Below, piece after piece: positions 60,341 through 64,000 of a DNA stretch of 64,000 nucleotides; within the stretch, counting starts at the first letter, position 1; every line of letters begins with the position of its first letter. A program made the translations under genes and the position numbers. A model generated the notes under the pieces. That model did no database searches, was not told where the DNA came from, and saw only the letters and a program-made list of their open reading frames with translations. The DNA comes from Octopus vulgaris. Its lineage: Eukaryota. The DNA is taken from positions 117,304,001 through 117,368,000 of the forward strand of contig OX597815.1 of assembly GCA_951406725.2 (NCBI GenBank). Direction: 5' to 3'.

Positions 60341-63300
60341 TTCTGTCTGTCTGTCTCTCTCTCTTTCTGCACACATTCTCATTATTTTCCTTCTTCAATT
60401 TGCAAATTTTCTGCATTCACTGCCAACGCATCAACCAACATTTTACTCATCTCTTCTCATCAATATTTTACACATCTCTTGTAGAGTCTTTCAAATACAG
60501 AGAAAAGCTTCCTGATGTCTGTGGCTCTTTTCTCTAAACTAATTCCATCCACTTCGAAAACCTCTGTCCACCATTCTATCATTGAATATAACCATCTCCA
60601 CTAATTACACCACATACAACACAATACATATTTACAATTTACATTCACCAATCTCTAGCTAGCAAATTATGTACAATGTTGTATGTGCCTGTCTGTTTGA
60701 CAGTCATTTCACTTCACTTAATGTATGTCTATTGCTTCTAATGATTATGAAGAACTGAAGTTCCTGCTTTCTTTTTCTCTGGAAGAAATCCGGTTGAGGT
60801 CTGCAGATTATTTTCCTGCTGAACGTTTCTAAAGGAATTTGATGTAACTGAAAAACAGACTAACAGTAACCATATAGTCTGCAACTGGATAGATTTGAAT
60901 CTAATGCTATAAATTCCAAGACTGTTGAAGATCCATTCATTTCAAGTTTGGTTCTCCATATGACTAAAATTTGAAGAGCACTAAATCAGTAATGGCAGCA
61001 TTTTGAAGTTAATTAACTATATTTTAATTAAGTTGTCATAAATGGTTATATACTTCAGCACATACTATTTCCACTCAAATTTACTTTTGTGCCTTTCTGA
61101 AACCTATCATTGCTTTTCTCTCATGACTATTTTTTTTCTATATATGTATGTAGATTTTACTATAATATATATATATCATTCTCAGGAACACCTAGGGAAA
61201 CACACAATAGATCTCTCACAAAGCCTTGTACTGATGGGAAGTACTGACCCATACAGGCTTCAAAGGTCATTTGTTTTCCAAACTAAGATGATGGATGGAT
61301 TTGGTAGCACTTCAAGTGACTATGCAGCTCTTTTCCAAGAATAGCATGCCCACTTGTTATTCAGGAGGGACTTAGGTCTAAACTAAGATTTCCCAATCTT
61401 AGAACTGGCCAGGAACATTGTGCTTGGTGTCCTCTCTTTATGGGACAGTAACATTCAGGAAATTTACAACTTAAAGAACATGAGTTGACATTCACAATGT
61501 ATATTTATGTTTCTGTGTATACATGTATATATATGTGTATGTAAATATATATATATCTGTATGTCTGTTTGTGTATGTATATGTGTATGCATATGTATGT
61601 ATGCATGTGTGTGTTTGCACATATATCCGCTTGTGTGTGTACATATATTTGTGTGTGTGTATGTGTGTGTGTTTATGTTTACAAATGAAGGGTGTAGTTT
61701 TCTTCATATAACATAAAAGTCTTCACTCCTCTATGCTTGCTGGTTTGCCTTCATGCTGGGAAAATTAAGAAAAGGTGAGAGAGTAGAGAGAATAGAAATT
61801 ATAACTTTATATGATGGGGTGACGTTTTAATGTGCTGCCGTTTAGATATGCTGTACAAATATGGTATTTAACAAGTTCATTAAGTTATAATTGTCTACTG
61901 TATTTGTCATAGGATATATATATATATATATATATATATTTTGATGAGACTGTAACCAGACATATGTGAAAAAATTTGCTAGTTGCATGTGAATGTGCTC
62001 CATTTATTTACCTGGTACAGGTTGTAGCACCAGTTGAATATGTAGGATCCTAACTTCAATAAATAAAAGACTGTGACATACATTTTTTGAGACATAATTA
62101 TTATGACTGTCTAGAATGAATGGACTTCAATAATGCTTGTGTGTCTTTCTTGTGTACTAACATACAATGCCTTATCCATTCATCTTCTACTGACGTAATT
62201 ACATGGGTACAGAAATCCCAGACATATATATATATATGTGTGTGTTGTATACATATTTTCATGTGTTTATGTAAAATGCATTAAAACAAAAAGATATACA
62301 AAAATATACAGGAATACTTTGTTAGCATCACAATCTATTTGTTCCGGATAATTTTTATTGTAATTATAAATTTACTCAAAACTTTGCATCCACATATCAA
62401 TGAGTATATGTTATACAACATTTAAAACAATAAATTGCATTAATATTTTCTAAGAGGCTTTTAAGTCCCTCCTAAATTCTTCATGTGAACAGGGTTTTTT
62501 AAGGAACTTTGAAATTCTTTCTCCATCCTATCATCATCATCATTGTTGTCATTGTTGTTATTATTATTAAGACAGCAAGCTGTCAGAATAATTAGCCTGC
62601 TCAGCAAAATGCTTTATGGCATTTAGTCTGTCTTCGTGTTCTGAGTTCAAATTCCGTTGAGGTCGACTGTACCTTTTATTCTTTTGAGGTGGATTAAATT
62701 TGTACCAGTTGCGCACTGGGGTTGATGTAATCGACTTGTCCCCTCCCTCCAAATTTCAGGCCTTGAACCTCTAGTAGAAAGGATTATTATTATTATTTTT
62801 ATCATTATTATTATTATTATTATTGTTATTAATATACCATTGTTATCTATCTTTAAGAGCAAAAATGTGATATTGTTTGTTTAGAAAGAAAAGAAAAATG
62901 TTGATTTATCTTTTTTCTCCTCCGATTGATGTCTCATTTTAAAAGTTTTAATTAAATTTTTTTCAAAAGTTGTAAAATTATCAGCTTTTGACATCGGAAT
63001 GTTTTTGTTTTCATTGTGAAATTATCCAAAGTGTTTTCTATTTTACAAAATAAAGTTCAACAAGTCTTTTTGTGTTGAATTCATTTGTGGATTGATGTAA
63101 AATTTTTATGACTATTGTTAATGTATGATCTGATTCAAATAATGTTAATAAATTACGATTAAATAATGAAATTATCAACAGAAATATGTTTTAAATTATT
63201 TATGGTGAGTTCAGATTTTATAGCATTGATCAAATGATATTTACATCTGCACTACAATTTGATCTCCAATCCTCATTAAGTATCTTATTGATGGCTATGT

Positions 63301-64000
63301 GTATACAGTGTAATATAGAGAGAATGCTATTATTACCTTAGTTTAGATTGGGTGGTGCATTGCATCCTTGAGCAAGTCTCTTCATTTCATGTTGTCTCAG
63401 TTCATTATTTGCAACTCAGTACCATCAATAGCCTGATAGTTAACTCTGTACTAGACTGGTTGCTTATTCAGTAAAAAGTCTTTTATTCTCAGTGGCATAA
63501 ATACTCTTGAAATTGGGAGAAGGCCAAGCCTAAAGGCCTGTAGACTCAAGACAGATTTAACTTTTTTTGGGGGGAAATAAATGCTCTTGGTTATAGTCTA
63601 GTCTGAGACACAGTATACATTAAGGAATAATACATCTTTTATCTTTTACCCATTTCAATCATTTGATTGGGGCCATGCTGGAGTACCACTTTGAAGGATT
63701 TTTAGTCGAATGATTGAACTCTGTACTTTTTCTTTTTAAAGCCAGGTAGTCAATCTCTTTTGCTGAACCGTTAAGTTACCAGGAAATAAACAAACCAACA
63801 CTGGTTGTCAAGTGGTGATTTGGGAGAATTTCCATCAATCAAATCTGCTCATAAGACTTTGGTTGGCCCAAAGTACCACCCAATGGGTCTGAGCTTGGAA
63901 CCATATGGTTGAGAAGCAAACTTCTTACCACATAGCCAGAGATCAAACATATTGAAATTTAGAGAGGATATAAGTATTGTAAAAATATATTCTAAAGAAG

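Noticed and set aside
55855-64000. A second gene or a defined TRPA polyadenylation site downstream
   Set aside because: Only repeats and AT-rich sequence; several AATAAA/ATTAAA hexamers occur but none can be singled out without transcript data

Overview
Animal genomic DNA, very probably from an octopus (inferred from the repeat landscape: (TA)/(CA) microsatellites, RTE LINEs with (GAT)n tails, CORE-, Nin/Deu- and Meta-type SINEs). The window holds one + strand gene, an ankyrin-repeat TRPA-family cation channel. I reconstructed 22 GT-AG exons with consistent phases from 7781 to the stop at 55854 (about 1047 codons); the 5' exons lie upstream of the window. There is also a candidate 27-nt in-frame microexon in the S5-pore loop. 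The introns are packed with transposons. The most striking non-obvious layer is a set of Penelope-like element (PLE) termini carrying type I hammerhead ribozyme (HHR) motifs. Two PLEs are nested and form a double inverted repeat at 871-7134, which carries two different HHRs on each strand, one with a compensatory U3-A8 core. Three more distinct HHRs lie at 13749-13850, 28767-28830 and 29121-29247, and a decayed pair lies near 13100. Also notable: a young RTE LINE with a PHD finger inserted inside its RT and a 3' UTR amplified into a higher-order tandem array, and a long-TIR element with a telomere-like core. All calls were made by eye; no searches or folding programs were run.
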